This document shows positions 1-9,816 of a DNA stretch of 64,000 nt, piece after piece. Under the pieces are notes generated by a model. That model saw only the letters and a program-made list of their open reading frames with translations. It did not search any database and was not told where the DNA came from. Made by a program: the position numbers and the translations under genes. The stretch's first letter is position 1. Each line of letters begins with the position of its first letter. The DNA comes from Candidatus Bathyarchaeota archaeon. GTDB lineage: Archaea; Thermoproteota; Bathyarchaeia; Bathyarchaeales; WUQV01. The stretch covers positions 91,612 through 155,611 of the forward strand of contig JAGGVF010000012.1 in assembly GCA_021158125.1 (NCBI GenBank). Direction: 5' to 3'.

Positions 1-273
1 AGAATTCCGTTTGCTGCAATAGGTGACATGATAGTTGTTTCAGTTAGGAAAGGTACGCCTGACATGCGGAAAAAAGTTTTTCACGCAGTTGTTGTTAGGC
101 AAAGGATGCCGTACCTCCGCCCGGAGGGAATCTGGGTTCAGTTTGAAGATAACGCCGCTGTGATAATGACTCCTGAAGGCGAGATGAAAGGCTCCGAAAT
201 TAGAGGGCCAGTTGCAAGGGAGGCCGCAGAAAGATGGCCGAGGATAGCAAGTGCAGCAAGCATAATAGTTTAG
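1..273 (+). CDS. rpl14: 50S ribosomal protein uL14 (5' end cut by window edge)
   Basis: Frame 1 is open from nt 1. The translation ...[24 protein letters not shown]...[25 protein letters not shown] matches the uL14 C-terminal half. uL24 follows, as in archaeal spc-type operons. Confidence 0.9.
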   Translation, partial: RIPFAAIGDMIVVSVRKGTPDMRKKVFHAVVVRQRMPYLRPEGIWVQFEDNAAVIMTPEGEMKGSEIRGPVAREAAERWPRIASAASIIV

Positions 274-834
274 GTGATGAAAATGGCGAAAACTTTAACA
301 TCTAAACCTTCAAAACAGCGTAAAAGGCTATATACTGCACCGCTTCATGTAAGGTCTAAAATTCTTTCCGCACCTTTATCACCTGACTTAAGAGAAAAAT
401 ACGGTTTTAGGTCTCTTCCAATTCGCGTAGGCGATAAAGTTCAGATTTTAAGAGGCGACCATAAGGGTTTTGAAGGAAAAGTCTTGAAGGTCGACCGCAA
501 AAAATATCGGATTTCAGTAGAAGGAATTACCCGTGAAAAAGTTGACGGAACAACGATAAATGTTCCAATACACCCGTCAAAAGTTATGATTACGGAATTA
601 AATCTTGACGACAAGTGGCGAAGGAAAAAAATTGAAAGGAAAAGGAAAGCTAGAGAAGCCGCTGAAGAAAGAAAAGCGAAAAAGGAAGAAGTAATAGAAG
701 AAGCTGAAAAAGTTGAAGAAGAGGAAGTAAAGGCTGAAGAAGAAAAGAAGGAAAAGCGAAAGAAGAAAAGGAAAACTCGGAGGAAGACAGCAACAAAGAC
801 TTCTAAGAGAAAGAAAGCTGAGAAGGAGGAGTAA
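274..834 (+). CDS. rpl24: 50S ribosomal protein uL24 with long K/E-rich C-terminal tail
   Basis: KOW region [31 protein letters not shown] start cluster lies directly after the uL14 stop. Residues ~121-186 are a low-complexity K/E tail. Confidence 0.9.
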   Translation: MMKMAKTLTSKPSKQRKRLYTAPLHVRSKILSAPLSPDLREKYGFRSLPIRVGDKVQILRGDHKGFEGKVLKVDRKKYRISVEGITREKVDGTTINVPIHPSKVMITELNLDDKWRRKKIERKRKAREAAEERKAKKEEVIEEAEKVEEEEVKAEEEKKEKRKKKRKTRRKTATKTSKRKKAEKEE

Positions 835-836
835 TT

Positions 837-1595
837 TTGGGTAAGAAAGGAGGAAGTAGACACCTTAAACGGAAGCCGGCTCCGAAACATTGGCCAATTC
901 CAAGGAAAAAATTCGTGTGGGCTGTTAAACCTAAACCTGGCCCCCATCCAATTTCGAAATGTTTACCCCTCGTACTTATAATGCGGGACATCTTAGGCTT
1001 TGCAAAAACTAGAGCAGAAGCAAAAAAGATTATTTCTCAAGGCAAAGTTTTAGTTGACGGAAAAGTTCGGAAAGAGGAGCTTTACCCTGCCGGATTAATG
1101 GACGTAGTTGCAATTCCAGAAGTTGATAAAGTTTTTAGGATACTACCATTCCGAAAGGGTTTAACTCTTCACCCAATTGAAAAAGAGGAAAGCAAATTCA
1201 AGCTTTGCAGAATAGAGAATAAAACCGCAGTAAAAAATGGCCACATACAACTCAACCTCCATGACGGAAGCAACATACTCGTGAAGGTGGCTGACCCTAA
1301 AAATCCAGAAGAAGACACCTACAAAACGTTAAACACACTTAAAGTTAGTTTACCTGAAAGAGAAATCATCGAACAATTCGAACTCAAAGTTGGAGCCCCA
1401 GCGATAATAACTGGCGGAAAAAACATGGGAAGATACGGAAAAATAGTTGAGATAGAAGAAAGGCCGGGGAAGAAACGCAGAAACTTGCTTGTAACGCTTG
1501 AAGACCCCAAAGGGGAACGTTTCCAAACAATACTGGACTTCACATTTGTCGTTGGCGACAGCGAACCATGCATATCCATACCGGAGGTAAGTTGA
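837..1595 (+). CDS. rps4e: 30S ribosomal protein eS4
   Basis: N-terminus MGKKGGSRHLKRKPAPKHWPIPRKKFVWAVKPKPGPHP is the eS4 signature. TTG start sits just after GGAGGAG. Confidence 0.9.
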   Translation: MGKKGGSRHLKRKPAPKHWPIPRKKFVWAVKPKPGPHPISKCLPLVLIMRDILGFAKTRAEAKKIISQGKVLVDGKVRKEELYPAGLMDVVAIPEVDKVFRILPFRKGLTLHPIEKEESKFKLCRIENKTAVKNGHIQLNLHDGSNILVKVADPKNPEEDTYKTLNTLKVSLPEREIIEQFELKVGAPAIITGGKNMGRYGKIVEIEERPGKKRRNLLVTLEDPKGERFQTILDFTFVVGDSEPCISIPEVS

Positions 1596-2149
1596 TGATG
1601 ACATCGGCTCCAACAGAAGAAGAAATTCGAAAAAAATGGCAAGAAAATCCTATGCTTAAACCTAGAATAGAAAAGGTAACAGTAAACATTTGTGTTGGAA
1701 AATCTGGGGAACCATTAGAAAAAGCATCGAAGGTCCTCGAGGAGTTAACGGGCCAGAGGCCTTCTAGACGTAAGGCCAGGCAGACCATACGTGATTTCGG
1801 CATAAGGAAAGGTGAACCAATCGCCTGCGTTGTAACTTTGAGGAAGGATAGAGCAGTTGAATTTTTAAAGAAGGCTTTTCAGGCGATTGGTAACAAGCTT
1901 TCTAAAGGTTGTTTTGATAGGTTTGGAAATTTCTCTTTCGGAATTAGGGAACATATAGATATTCCTGGAACCAAGTATTCGCCTGAACTTGGAATTTACG
2001 GAATGGATGTTTGCGTCTCCCTTGAACGTCCTGGATATAGGGTTAAAAGGAGACGTAGGGCCAAATCGAAGATTGGTAGAAGGCACCTGCTAACTCCAGA
2101 AGAAGCCATGGTATTTATTAAGGACGAATTCGGCGTTGAAATAGTGTAG
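1595..2149 (+). CDS. rpl5: 50S ribosomal protein uL5
   Basis: ATGA overlap with the eS4 stop, and GGAGGT 6 nt upstream. Motifs PRIEKVTVNICVG, FGIRKGEPIACVVTLR, GMDVCVSLERPG. The track ORF start at 1568 lies inside eS4 and is less likely. Confidence 0.88.
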   Translation: MMTSAPTEEEIRKKWQENPMLKPRIEKVTVNICVGKSGEPLEKASKVLEELTGQRPSRRKARQTIRDFGIRKGEPIACVVTLRKDRAVEFLKKAFQAIGNKLSKGCFDRFGNFSFGIREHIDIPGTKYSPELGIYGMDVCVSLERPGYRVKRRRRAKSKIGRRHLLTPEEAMVFIKDEFGVEIV

Positions 2150-2158
2150 GTGATAAGT

Positions 2159-2323
2159 TTGGCTAAACAAAAGCCTAAAAAAGTTCGAAAGTATGGGAAG
2201 GGTAGTAGACCGTGTAGACGTTGCGGCTCTTACGGTCCAGTGATTAGACGTTATGGTTTATATTTGTGTAGGCAATGCTTTAGGGAAGTAGCCAAAAAAT
2301 TGGGATTTAAAAAATATGAGTAG
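2159..2323 (+). CDS. rps14: 30S ribosomal protein uS14 (zinc-ribbon type), 54 aa, absent from ORF track
   Basis: Hand translation gives (M)[53 protein letters not shown]. It has CxxC...CxxC and sits between uL5 and uS8. TTG 2159 has GGTGAT 5 nt upstream; an alternative GTG is at 2150. Confidence 0.88.
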   Translation: MAKQKPKKVRKYGKGSRPCRRCGSYGPVIRRYGLYLCRQCFREVAKKLGFKKYE

Positions 2324-2335
2324 AGGCTGAAAAAC

Positions 2336-2728
2336 TTGACTATGATGGACACCTTGGCCAATGGCCTCACAACCATAATGAATAACGAAATGCGAAGGAA
2401 GAAAGAATGCGTAATTACTCCAGCCTCTAAACTTTTAGGCAGAGTTTTAAGAATTATGCAGTTAAACGGTTATATAGGAGAATTCGAATTTATCGACGAC
2501 GGACGTTCCGGAAAGTTTAAAGTTCAGCTTTTAGGCAGAATAAACAAATGCGGGGCCATAAAGCCCAGATATCCTGTTAAAGCTGACGAATTTGAAAAAT
2601 GGGAGAAACAGTTCCTCCCAGCGAGGGATATAGGCTTACTTATAGTTTCAACTCCGCAGGGTGTAATGTCACATAAGGAAGCTAAACAAAAGAAGGTAGG
2701 GGGAAGATTACTAGCCTACGTCTACTAG
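2336..2728 (+). CDS. rps8: 30S ribosomal protein uS8
   Basis: [53 protein letters not shown]...GGRLLAYVY is typical archaeal uS8. Confidence 0.9.
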   Translation: MTMMDTLANGLTTIMNNEMRRKKECVITPASKLLGRVLRIMQLNGYIGEFEFIDDGRSGKFKVQLLGRINKCGAIKPRYPVKADEFEKWEKQFLPARDIGLLIVSTPQGVMSHKEAKQKKVGGRLLAYVY

Positions 2729-2740
2729 GAGAAAAATCAA

Positions 2741-3289
2741 ATGCAAGCGGTTGAAGTAGCGAAAACGGTTGAAGTCCCCGAAGGCGTTGAGGTTAGCATA
2801 GAGAATAAATGTGTAACAGTTAAAGGAGAGAAGGGTACCCTAACACGTGACTTTTCCTCAGCTCCAATTGAAATCGAACTAGAAGACGGAAAAGTAAAGG
2901 TTTACGCTAAATGGCCCCGTAAAAAAGAGGCCGCCCTTGTAGGCACGATTTCAGCGCATATACAGAACATGATAACAGGAGTCACAAAAGGGTTTACTTA
3001 CAAATTAAAAATAGTCTTTTCGCATTTTCCAATTTCAGTTAAGGTTCAAGGGGACAAAATTTTAATAGAAAACTTTACCGGTGAGAAAACTCCGCGAATA
3101 GCTAAAATTGTTGGAACCGCAAAGGTTACGGTTAAAGGCGACGATGTCATCGTTCAAGGGATAAACATAGAAGACGTCGGACAAACAGCCGCAAACATCG
3201 AGCAAGCAACAAAAATCAAGAAAAAAGACCCCAGAATCTTCTTAGACGGCATATACATTTACGAACGAAAAGAGGGAATGGAAGATTGA
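2741..3289 (+). CDS. rpl6: 50S ribosomal protein uL6
   Basis: VEVPEGVEVSIENKCVTVKGEKGTLTRDF...FTYKLKIVFSHFPISVKVQGDKILIENFTGEK. Operon position supports the call. Confidence 0.9.
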   Translation: MQAVEVAKTVEVPEGVEVSIENKCVTVKGEKGTLTRDFSSAPIEIELEDGKVKVYAKWPRKKEAALVGTISAHIQNMITGVTKGFTYKLKIVFSHFPISVKVQGDKILIENFTGEKTPRIAKIVGTAKVTVKGDDVIVQGINIEDVGQTAANIEQATKIKKKDPRIFLDGIYIYERKEGMED

Positions 3290-3891
3290 CACCTAAGAAG
3301 AAATCAGAAGAAAATTCAGCTGCAAACACTGAATTAGCCGCTAAAGAGAAGGCCTTAAAGCTACGTGAAGCCCTAAAACATAAACGACCAGATTTTGTCC
3401 GTCAGGAAAGTTGGCGATATAAGAGAATTAAGGAAAACTGGAGAAGACCCCGCGGATTAGACAGCAAAATGCGAAGAAAAATCAAGGGTTGGCCGAAATG
3501 CCCTGAAGTTGGATATAGAGGACCAAAAGCTGCAAGAGGGCTTCATCCATCCGGTTACGAGGAAATTCTCGTTTATAACCCAAACGATTTAGATAAAGTT
3601 GACCCAGAAAAGCAAGCTATTAGAATCGCCCACACAGTTGGAATTAAAAAGAGAATGGAAATAATAGCGAAAGCTACTAGCAAGAAAATTAGAATTTTGA
3701 ACCCGAAGGAAGCAGAACTAGAGCTGGAAGAAGAAAGAGAAAAGCTTGAAGCTGAAGAAGAAGAAGAACTGGAAGAAGAAAAGGCTAAAATTGAAGAAGC
3801 TGAAAAAGAAGAGGGCAAAAAAGAGAGAGAAAGGGCTAAGACTAGAAAAACCAAGAAAAGAAAGAAAGCAGAGAAAGGTGAAGAAAAGTGA
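3286..3891 (+). CDS. rpl32e: 50S ribosomal protein eL32 with K/E-rich C-terminal tail
   Basis: HKRPDFVRQESWRYKRIKENWRRPRGLDSKMR...GYRGPKAARGLHPSGYEE. Residues ~141-201 are an acidic/basic low-complexity tail. Confidence 0.88.
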   Translation: MTPKKKSEENSAANTELAAKEKALKLREALKHKRPDFVRQESWRYKRIKENWRRPRGLDSKMRRKIKGWPKCPEVGYRGPKAARGLHPSGYEEILVYNPNDLDKVDPEKQAIRIAHTVGIKKRMEIIAKATSKKIRILNPKEAELELEEEREKLEAEEEEELEEEKAKIEEAEKEEGKKERERAKTRKTKKRKKAEKGEEK

Positions 3892-4340
3892 GCTTAAAAA
3901 GTCAGCGGAGACTAGCGGCCAAAATACTGAAAGTTGGAGAAAACAGAGTATGGATAAATCCAGACCGCATAGATGACGTTCAAGCAGCAATAACACGTGA
4001 AGAAATAAAGAAACTTATCCATGAAGGTGCAATTAAGGCTCTCCCCAAGGAGGGAGTCAGCAGAGCCCGTGCCAGAATTATACATGCCAAGAAAAAGAAG
4101 GGATTGAGGAAGGGGCCGGGAAGCAGAAGTGGAGCCTCGGGGGCTATCATGAGTAAAAAAGAGGCTTGGATGAAGAAAATTAGAGCTTTAAGGAGGAGGC
4201 TTCGAGAGTTAAGAGAAAAGCGCATAATAACTGAAAGTGTTTACCGAAAACTTTACGTGATGGCTAAAAGTGGAAGATTTGAATCTAAAGCCGAACTTGA
4301 AAACTACATTAAAGCGCAGGGCTGGTGGAGAAAGCGTTGA
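3888..4340 (+). CDS. rpl19e: 50S ribosomal protein eL19
   Basis: [50 protein letters not shown]; 4-nt overlap with eL32. Confidence 0.9.
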   Translation: MSLKSQRRLAAKILKVGENRVWINPDRIDDVQAAITREEIKKLIHEGAIKALPKEGVSRARARIIHAKKKKGLRKGPGSRSGASGAIMSKKEAWMKKIRALRRRLRELREKRIITESVYRKLYVMAKSGRFESKAELENYIKAQGWWRKR

Positions 4341-5062
4341 CAGCTAAAGGTCCGAGATATCGTGTTCCATTTCGGAGAAGAAGAGAGGGAAAAACAGATT
4401 ATCGTGCGAGAAAGGCCTTAATCCTCTCGAAACTTCCCAGAATAGTTGCACGTGGCTCCTTAAATCACATGACAGTTCAAGTAGTAAAAGCAAAAATTGA
4501 AGGAGACGAAGTTTTAACTTCTGCCCACTCAAAGGAATTAACTAAAAAGTTTGGCTGGAAAGGCTCATGCGGAAATACTCCAGCCGCCTACTTAACGGGA
4601 TTTTTATGCGGACTAAAAGCTTTGGAAAAAGGAATTAAAAAGGCAATTTTAGACATAGGCCTAAGAACTCCTACTAAAGGCAGTAAAGTTTTTGCGGTTT
4701 TAAAGGGCCTACTAGACGCCGGAGTTGAAGTTCCCCACGGAGAGGAGAAACTACCAGATGAATCAAGAATAAGGGGGGAACATATAGCAAATTACGCTAA
4801 ACAACTTGCAACAGAAAATCCGGAAGAATACAGGAAAAGATTTTCTCAATATCTGGCCAGAAGATTAAAGCCTGAAAAACTTCCGGAACACTTTTTGAAG
4901 GTGAAGGAGAAAATCTTAAAGGCATTTAAAAAGCCTGAGAAAAAGGCTAAAGTTAAAAAGCCAGCGAAGAAACGTAAGGCAAAAGCAAAGGCAAAAACCA
5001 AAAAAGTTTCTAAAAAGCGTAGTGGAAGAAGAAAGGCTAAAGGAGAGGAGAAAGAAAAGTGA
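4325..5062 (+). CDS. rpl18: 50S ribosomal protein uL18 with K-rich C-terminal tail
   Basis: [25 protein letters not shown]...LNHMTVQVV. The last ~44 aa read [44 protein letters not shown]. Confidence 0.88.
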   Translation: MEKALTAKGPRYRVPFRRRREGKTDYRARKALILSKLPRIVARGSLNHMTVQVVKAKIEGDEVLTSAHSKELTKKFGWKGSCGNTPAAYLTGFLCGLKALEKGIKKAILDIGLRTPTKGSKVFAVLKGLLDAGVEVPHGEEKLPDESRIRGEHIANYAKQLATENPEEYRKRFSQYLARRLKPEKLPEHFLKVKEKILKAFKKPEKKAKVKKPAKKRKAKAKAKTKKVSKKRSGRRKAKGEEKEK

Positions 5063-5712
5063 GCAGTTCACGTAGACGATTAAGCCGTATAAAAGAGTCA
5101 CTTGAAGAGTGGGTTCCTAAAACCAAGCTTGGAAGAATGGTTCGTGAAGGGAAGATAACTTCAATTGAAGAAATATTTATGGAAGGATACAGAATTCGGG
5201 AACCCGAAATAGTGGACATTTTAATTTCAGACCTAGAGGAGGAAGTTATAAACATAAGCCTAGTTCAGAAACAAACAGACGCCGGTGAACAATCAAGATT
5301 TAAGGCGATAGTGGCTGTTGGAAACCGAGACGGCTATATTGGCTTAGGCTCAGGAAAAGCCAGACAAGTGCGAACAGCCATTGAAAAAGCTGCTTTGGAC
5401 GCCAGACTTAACATAACTCCGGTTAGGAGAGGATGCGGAAGCTGGGAGTGCGGATGCGGAAAGCCCCACTCGTTACCATTCCAAGTTAGAGGAAAATGCG
5501 GAAGCGTCGAAATAGTGTTAATTCCAGGCCCAAGAGGCCTAGGACTAGTCGCAAGCGAAATAGCGAAAATAATTTTAGGCCTAGCCGGAGTGAAGGACTG
5601 CTGGACGAGAAGCTACGGATCAACAAGAACTGTTCCATCATTCGCTTACGCAGTTTTCGATGCCTTAAAGAAAACCTATGAACTTGTAACCCCAAGCGAC
5701 TGGGTGAGATAG
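5059..5712 (+). CDS. rps5: 30S ribosomal protein uS5
   Basis: [22 protein letters not shown]...[31 protein letters not shown]...[21 protein letters not shown]. Confidence 0.9.
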   Translation: MSSSRRRLSRIKESLEEWVPKTKLGRMVREGKITSIEEIFMEGYRIREPEIVDILISDLEEEVINISLVQKQTDAGEQSRFKAIVAVGNRDGYIGLGSGKARQVRTAIEKAALDARLNITPVRRGCGSWECGCGKPHSLPFQVRGKCGSVEIVLIPGPRGLGLVASEIAKIILGLAGVKDCWTRSYGSTRTVPSFAYAVFDALKKTYELVTPSDWVR

Positions 5713-5714
5713 CA

Positions 5715-6194
5715 ATGGCGGAAAACCCAAAATGCCTACTTGTGGTTCGAATACGCGGCGTCATAGATGCGCCAGGAGACGTCAAAGACACATTAAAAAT
5801 GTTAAACTTGAAACGAAACAATCACGCTGTGATTATTAGAGATACGCCGTCCTACCGCGGCATGCTTCAAAAGGCCCAAAACTACATAACTTGGGGAGAA
5901 CCAACCGAAAACACCGTAGTTGAGCTTATAAAAAAGCGTGGGAGACTGCTCGGTGACAAGAAAATCACAGATGACTACGCTAAAAAGGTTGGATTTAAAT
6001 CTGTTGAAGACTTAGCCAAGGCTGTTTTTGAAGGAAAAGTTGACTATGGAAAGCTTCCTGAAATAAAGCCGTTTTTCAGGCTGCATCCTCCTTCTAAAGG
6101 GTTTAAGGGTAAGATTAAGAAAAGCTACAAGATGGGTGGAGAAACAGGTTATAGAGGAGAAGCAATTAACCAACTGATTGAAAGGATGATTTAA
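5715..6194 (+). CDS. rpl30: 50S ribosomal protein uL30
   Basis: LLVVRIRGVIDAPGDVKDTLKMLNLKRNNHAVII...YITWGEP; follows uS5. Confidence 0.88.
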   Translation: MAENPKCLLVVRIRGVIDAPGDVKDTLKMLNLKRNNHAVIIRDTPSYRGMLQKAQNYITWGEPTENTVVELIKKRGRLLGDKKITDDYAKKVGFKSVEDLAKAVFEGKVDYGKLPEIKPFFRLHPPSKGFKGKIKKSYKMGGETGYRGEAINQLIERMI

Positions 6195-6202
6195 CCAAAC
6201 AC

Positions 6203-6210
6203 TTTATAGA
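6203..6210 (+). promoter_or_regulatory. Candidate TATA box for the hsp20 insert
   Basis: TTTATAGA lies ~30 nt upstream of ATG 6238, in the 43-nt gap after uL30. This spacing fits a leaderless or short-leader archaeal promoter. Confidence 0.35.
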
Positions 6211-6237
6211 GAGTTAGGTTCATTTTGAATTAGGCTT

Positions 6238-6771
6238 ATGGGGGAGAAGGAACTGAAGGATAAAAAGAACAAGAAACGTTCTCCGTGGTTTGACATCTTT
6301 GACGAAATAAAGAAACTTGAAAAAATGATGGACGAACTCATGAAAAGCATAGAATCCTCAAACAGATATGCTAGAAGACATAAACCAGCCTACGGTTTTT
6401 CTAGAACATTTACGAGAAATAAAAAACCTGTAGTCAAAGGGTTTAGACGCTACACTAAAGAATATTTAAGCTCCGAAATTAGGGACCAATACGAACCATT
6501 AATAGACGTTTTTGACGAGAAAGACAAAATAAGAATTGTAGCGGAGGTTTTAGGCATTAAAAAAGAGGATGTAGACATTTATGCCACAGAAGAATCATTA
6601 ACAATTTCCGTTCACGATGAAAATATGAAGTTCTATAAGGAAATAGCCCTTCCCGCCAAAGTAGACCCAAAAACTGCAGTTGCAAGATACAAAAACGGCG
6701 TTTTAGAAATTTGCCTAAAAAAGACTAAGGGAAAAAGTCTTTTCGGCGGCCAGAAAATTTTCGTGAAATAA
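6238..6771 (+). CDS. Small heat-shock protein, Hsp20/alpha-crystallin family
   Basis: The alpha-crystallin domain is readable: EPLIDVFDEKDKIRIVAEVLGIKKEDVDIYATEESLTISV...FYKEIALPAKVDPKTAVARYKNGVLEICLKK. Confidence 0.85.
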   Translation: MGEKELKDKKNKKRSPWFDIFDEIKKLEKMMDELMKSIESSNRYARRHKPAYGFSRTFTRNKKPVVKGFRRYTKEYLSSEIRDQYEPLIDVFDEKDKIRIVAEVLGIKKEDVDIYATEESLTISVHDENMKFYKEIALPAKVDPKTAVARYKNGVLEICLKKTKGKSLFGGQKIFVK

Positions 6772-6836
6772 TGCGGAAAGAATTTATGTTTGATTGCAAA
6801 ATATGATTGAACGCAAAGCCTGTTGAGGACTCAGCT

Positions 6837-7289
6837 ATGCCGCATAAACTTAGAAAAACAAGGAAAAAACGTGGAAGCAGAACATGTGGCTATGGTAGGG
6901 TGGGCCAGCATAGAAAGTCAGGAACAAAAGGCGGAAGAAGAGCAGGCCGCCATAAACACTTATGGTCGTACGTATTAAGGTATGAACCAGACTACTTCGG
7001 AAAGAGAGGATTTACTTCTCCAAGATCGCTTCAAAGAGTTGAAAATCCAATTAATGTTGGACAGCTAGGAGAATTAATTGATAAGCTTTCCCTAGAAGGA
7101 AAACTGGAAAAGAAAAACGGCAAAATATTTGTTGACTTGGAAAAGTTTGGATATACAAAGCTTCTAGGGATGGGAAGAATAGACAAAGCGGTGGTTGTAA
7201 AAGTTCCGGCTTTCTCGGCTTCGGCGGCAGAAAAAATCAGAGCTGCCGGAGGCGAAATATTAGAGGGGAAAGGCAATAAAATTAATTAG
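6837..7289 (+). CDS. rpl15: 50S ribosomal protein uL15
   Basis: MPHKLRKTRKKRGSRTCGYGRVGQHRKSGTKGGRRAGRHKH. ATG 6837 is preferred over the track's alternative start at 6807. Confidence 0.88.
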   Translation: MPHKLRKTRKKRGSRTCGYGRVGQHRKSGTKGGRRAGRHKHLWSYVLRYEPDYFGKRGFTSPRSLQRVENPINVGQLGELIDKLSLEGKLEKKNGKIFVDLEKFGYTKLLGMGRIDKAVVVKVPAFSASAAEKIRAAGGEILEGKGNKIN

Positions 7290-7338
7290 GTTAAAGTAAA
7301 CCTTGCTAGGATAGATACAACCGTAAAAGGGAAAATCG

Positions 7339-8736
7339 ATGGCGGGCAGATTCCTTTCACTGTTTAAGCCAATATCGCATTATTTACCTGTAATCAGCCC
7401 TCCGAAACGTAAAGTAAGGTTTACTGAGAAAATATTCTGGACAGCAATAGTCCTCATCCTATACCTCATAATGTGTGAAATTCCACTCTATGGAGTCGCT
7501 GGAGGAGGATGGGAACTTACCTACATGCGAGTTATATTCGCATCGAGAAGAGGAACCCTAATGGAGCTGGGCATAGGCCCAATAGTCACTGCGGGCTTAA
7601 TCCTCCAACTTCTCGTAGGAGCAAACATGATAGAATGCGACATGACAGACCCGGAGGATAGAGCACTCTTCACCTCTGCAAGTAAAGCCTTCTCTATAAT
7701 ATTCACTGGAATTCAAGCCTCAGCCTACATAATCGGAGGAGTCTACGGCCGCCTCAACATGATAACATCAATAATAGTTTTCCTCCAACTCATTGCAGCA
7801 GGAGTTATCGTCATACTTCTCGACGAACTTGTCCAAAAAGGGTGGGGCATAGGAAGTGGAGTAAGCCTATTCATATTAGCCGGAGTCGCTCAGCAAATAT
7901 TCAATCAATGCTTCTTCCCAACTGGGGGAATATTCCCAGCAATAATTTCAGCTTTGGCCAGCGGTGACTCACTAGCTCCGCTTTTCGTTAGACAAGGCCC
8001 TTCAATCATTGGTTTTATAGCAACAATTGTGGTCTTTTTCATAATAATCTACTTAGAAGGAATACGTGTTGAAATTCCCATAGCTCATGCCATGTATAGA
8101 GGTTACAGAGGTCGATACCCCATTAAGCTACTCTACGTATCGAACCTACCTGTGATATTTGCGTCAGCGCTTTTCGCAAATGTTTACTTCTTCTCTCAAC
8201 TTCTTTGGAGCAACTTTGGAAATAGTCCAAATCCAACCGTCAAGTTTTTCGTTAGTCTTTTGGGAACGTATAGCACAGGAGAACAGGGACAATTAATCCC
8301 TTCAGGGGGCTTAGTTTACTATGTTACCTCCCCGAGGTGGCTTGGCGGCGTAGCAGCTGACCCGCTGAGAGCGTTTGGTTATACAGCGATACTTGTTATT
8401 TTCTGTGTTGTCTTCTCTGTAACTTGGCTTGAAGTTGGAGGGTTAGGCCCTTCAACAGTAGCGAAACAGCTTGTTGACTCTGGAATGCAGATTCCAGGTT
8501 ATAGGAGATCCGCCAGACCAATTGAATCTTTGTTGAAACGATATATTCCGCCAGTTGCAGTTTTAGGCGGCATAATTGTTGGCTTAATAGCTGCTTTTGC
8601 AGACTTCTTAGGTGTTTTTGGAAGCGGTATGGGAATACTCCTATCAGTAGGCATAATCTACCAGTATTATCAGGCAATAGTTCAAGAAAGAGCAGCGGAC
8701 ATGTATCCAGCCCTCAGAAGGTTCCTTGGAAAGTAG
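7339..8736 (+). CDS. secY: Preprotein translocase subunit SecY
   Basis: 465 aa with about 10 hydrophobic segments. Motifs SRRGTLMELGIGPIVTAGLILQLL and IPGYRRS. Canonical position after uL15. Confidence 0.92.
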   Translation: MAGRFLSLFKPISHYLPVISPPKRKVRFTEKIFWTAIVLILYLIMCEIPLYGVAGGGWELTYMRVIFASRRGTLMELGIGPIVTAGLILQLLVGANMIECDMTDPEDRALFTSASKAFSIIFTGIQASAYIIGGVYGRLNMITSIIVFLQLIAAGVIVILLDELVQKGWGIGSGVSLFILAGVAQQIFNQCFFPTGGIFPAIISALASGDSLAPLFVRQGPSIIGFIATIVVFFIIIYLEGIRVEIPIAHAMYRGYRGRYPIKLLYVSNLPVIFASALFANVYFFSQLLWSNFGNSPNPTVKFFVSLLGTYSTGEQGQLIPSGGLVYYVTSPRWLGGVAADPLRAFGYTAILVIFCVVFSVTWLEVGGLGPSTVAKQLVDSGMQIPGYRRSARPIESLLKRYIPPVAVLGGIIVGLIAAFADFLGVFGSGMGILLSVGIIYQYYQAIVQERAADMYPALRRFLGK

Positions 8737-8748
8737 GCTGGAGGAAAC

Positions 8749-9333
8749 ATGAAAAAATTAGTTGTAGTTACCGGAATTCCGGGAGCCGGAAAAACAACTG
8801 TGTGCAAGGAAGTGGAAAAAATAGCTGAAAAAAGAGGAAAAGAAGTTAAGACAGTAAACTTTGGCACAGTTATGGTTGAACTTGCAAAGAAAAGGGGTAA
8901 AGAACTGCACAGAGACGACATAAGAAAGCATTCAATAGATTTTCAGCAGAAACTCCAAACTGAGGCGGCAAAAAAGATAATGGAAAAAACGAAAAATGTG
9001 AAGGGATGCTTAATTGTTGACACCCACATGGTTGTAAGAACTCGAGAAGGATACTTCGCTGGATTACCCCACAGAGTTCTTCAAATTTTAAACCCAGAAA
9101 TCTTCATTCTAATAGAAGCTACTCCAGAAGAAATCTTAACAAGAAGATTTAAAGACGCCGACAGAAAAAGAGACAAAATTTTGGAAGAGGAAGTTCTCGA
9201 AGAACTTTCCTTCTCTAGATTCTTTGCAGCATCGTGCGCTTCCCTAACTGGAGCGCCAGTGAAAATAGTTAAAAACCCCGATGGAAAACAAGTTGAAGCA
9301 GCAAAAGAAATATTGAAGTTACTGGAGGAATAG
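8749..9333 (+). CDS. adkA: Adenylate kinase, archaeal type
   Basis: P-loop VVVTGIPGAGKTTV; length ~194 aa; position after secY. Confidence 0.85.
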   Translation: MKKLVVVTGIPGAGKTTVCKEVEKIAEKRGKEVKTVNFGTVMVELAKKRGKELHRDDIRKHSIDFQQKLQTEAAKKIMEKTKNVKGCLIVDTHMVVRTREGYFAGLPHRVLQILNPEIFILIEATPEEILTRRFKDADRKRDKILEEEVLEELSFSRFFAASCASLTGAPVKIVKNPDGKQVEAAKEILKLLEE

Positions 9334-9336
9334 CAT

Positions 9337-9813
9337 GTGATTCTAGAATGGCTGTTAAACGGAATGCCCGGAGGCACAATATTCGTATTGTTAATTGCAA
9401 TGATTATCTCGTTTATTAATGCGGGAATTTATCGGTTGCTCATCGGAAAATTGATTGGTTGGAAAGAATATAAAAGGCTACAGAAGGAACTCAAAAAACT
9501 TCAAACAGAGTTCCAACAAATTTTAAGAACAAAAGATCAAAAAGCCATCGAAAAATTCGAGAAAAAAAGGAAAAGAATGCTTCAAATTCAAACGAAGGTA
9601 ATGAAGCCCCAAACGTACATGTTTGGGCTGTCATTTATCTACATACTTGTCTGGTGGTTCTTCCTAATCCCAGTATATGGTATGGAAATCTTAGCCGTAA
9701 TACCCGGGATAACACAACTGTCTGTTGTTTGGTGGTATTTTCTATGTTCAGCCCTTTTCGGAACCCTATCTTACCGACTGTTTGGAATAACCACTGAAGA
9801 GGAGGAAGAATAA
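9337..9813 (+). CDS. DUF106/EMC3-TMCO1-like membrane protein (archaeal YidC/Oxa1-superfamily candidate)
   Basis: Three hydrophobic segments with a long charged coiled loop (KEYKRLQKELKKLQTEFQQ...). It occupies the conserved adk-DUF106-cmk position of archaeal operons. Confidence 0.6.
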   Translation: MILEWLLNGMPGGTIFVLLIAMIISFINAGIYRLLIGKLIGWKEYKRLQKELKKLQTEFQQILRTKDQKAIEKFEKKRKRMLQIQTKVMKPQTYMFGLSFIYILVWWFFLIPVYGMEILAVIPGITQLSVVWWYFLCSALFGTLSYRLFGITTEEEEE

Positions 9814-9816
9814 GTT

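Noticed and set aside
3700-3890. GAA/GAG/AAG tandem-looking repeats as a possible CRISPR or microsatellite array
   Set aside because: There is no repeat-spacer periodicity. The region is in-frame coding sequence of the eL32 tail. No CRISPR-like array was seen anywhere in the window.
441-5255. Antisense and alternate-frame ORFs over the uL24, eL32, eL19 and uL18 tails (e.g. 441-947 -, 3573-3996 -, 3746-3976 +, 4916-5101 -)
   Set aside because: They are generated by the GAA/AAG-rich tail regions of the ribosomal proteins (mirror F/S/L-rich or K-rich junk). Every one lies wholly within a confidently identified r-protein gene.
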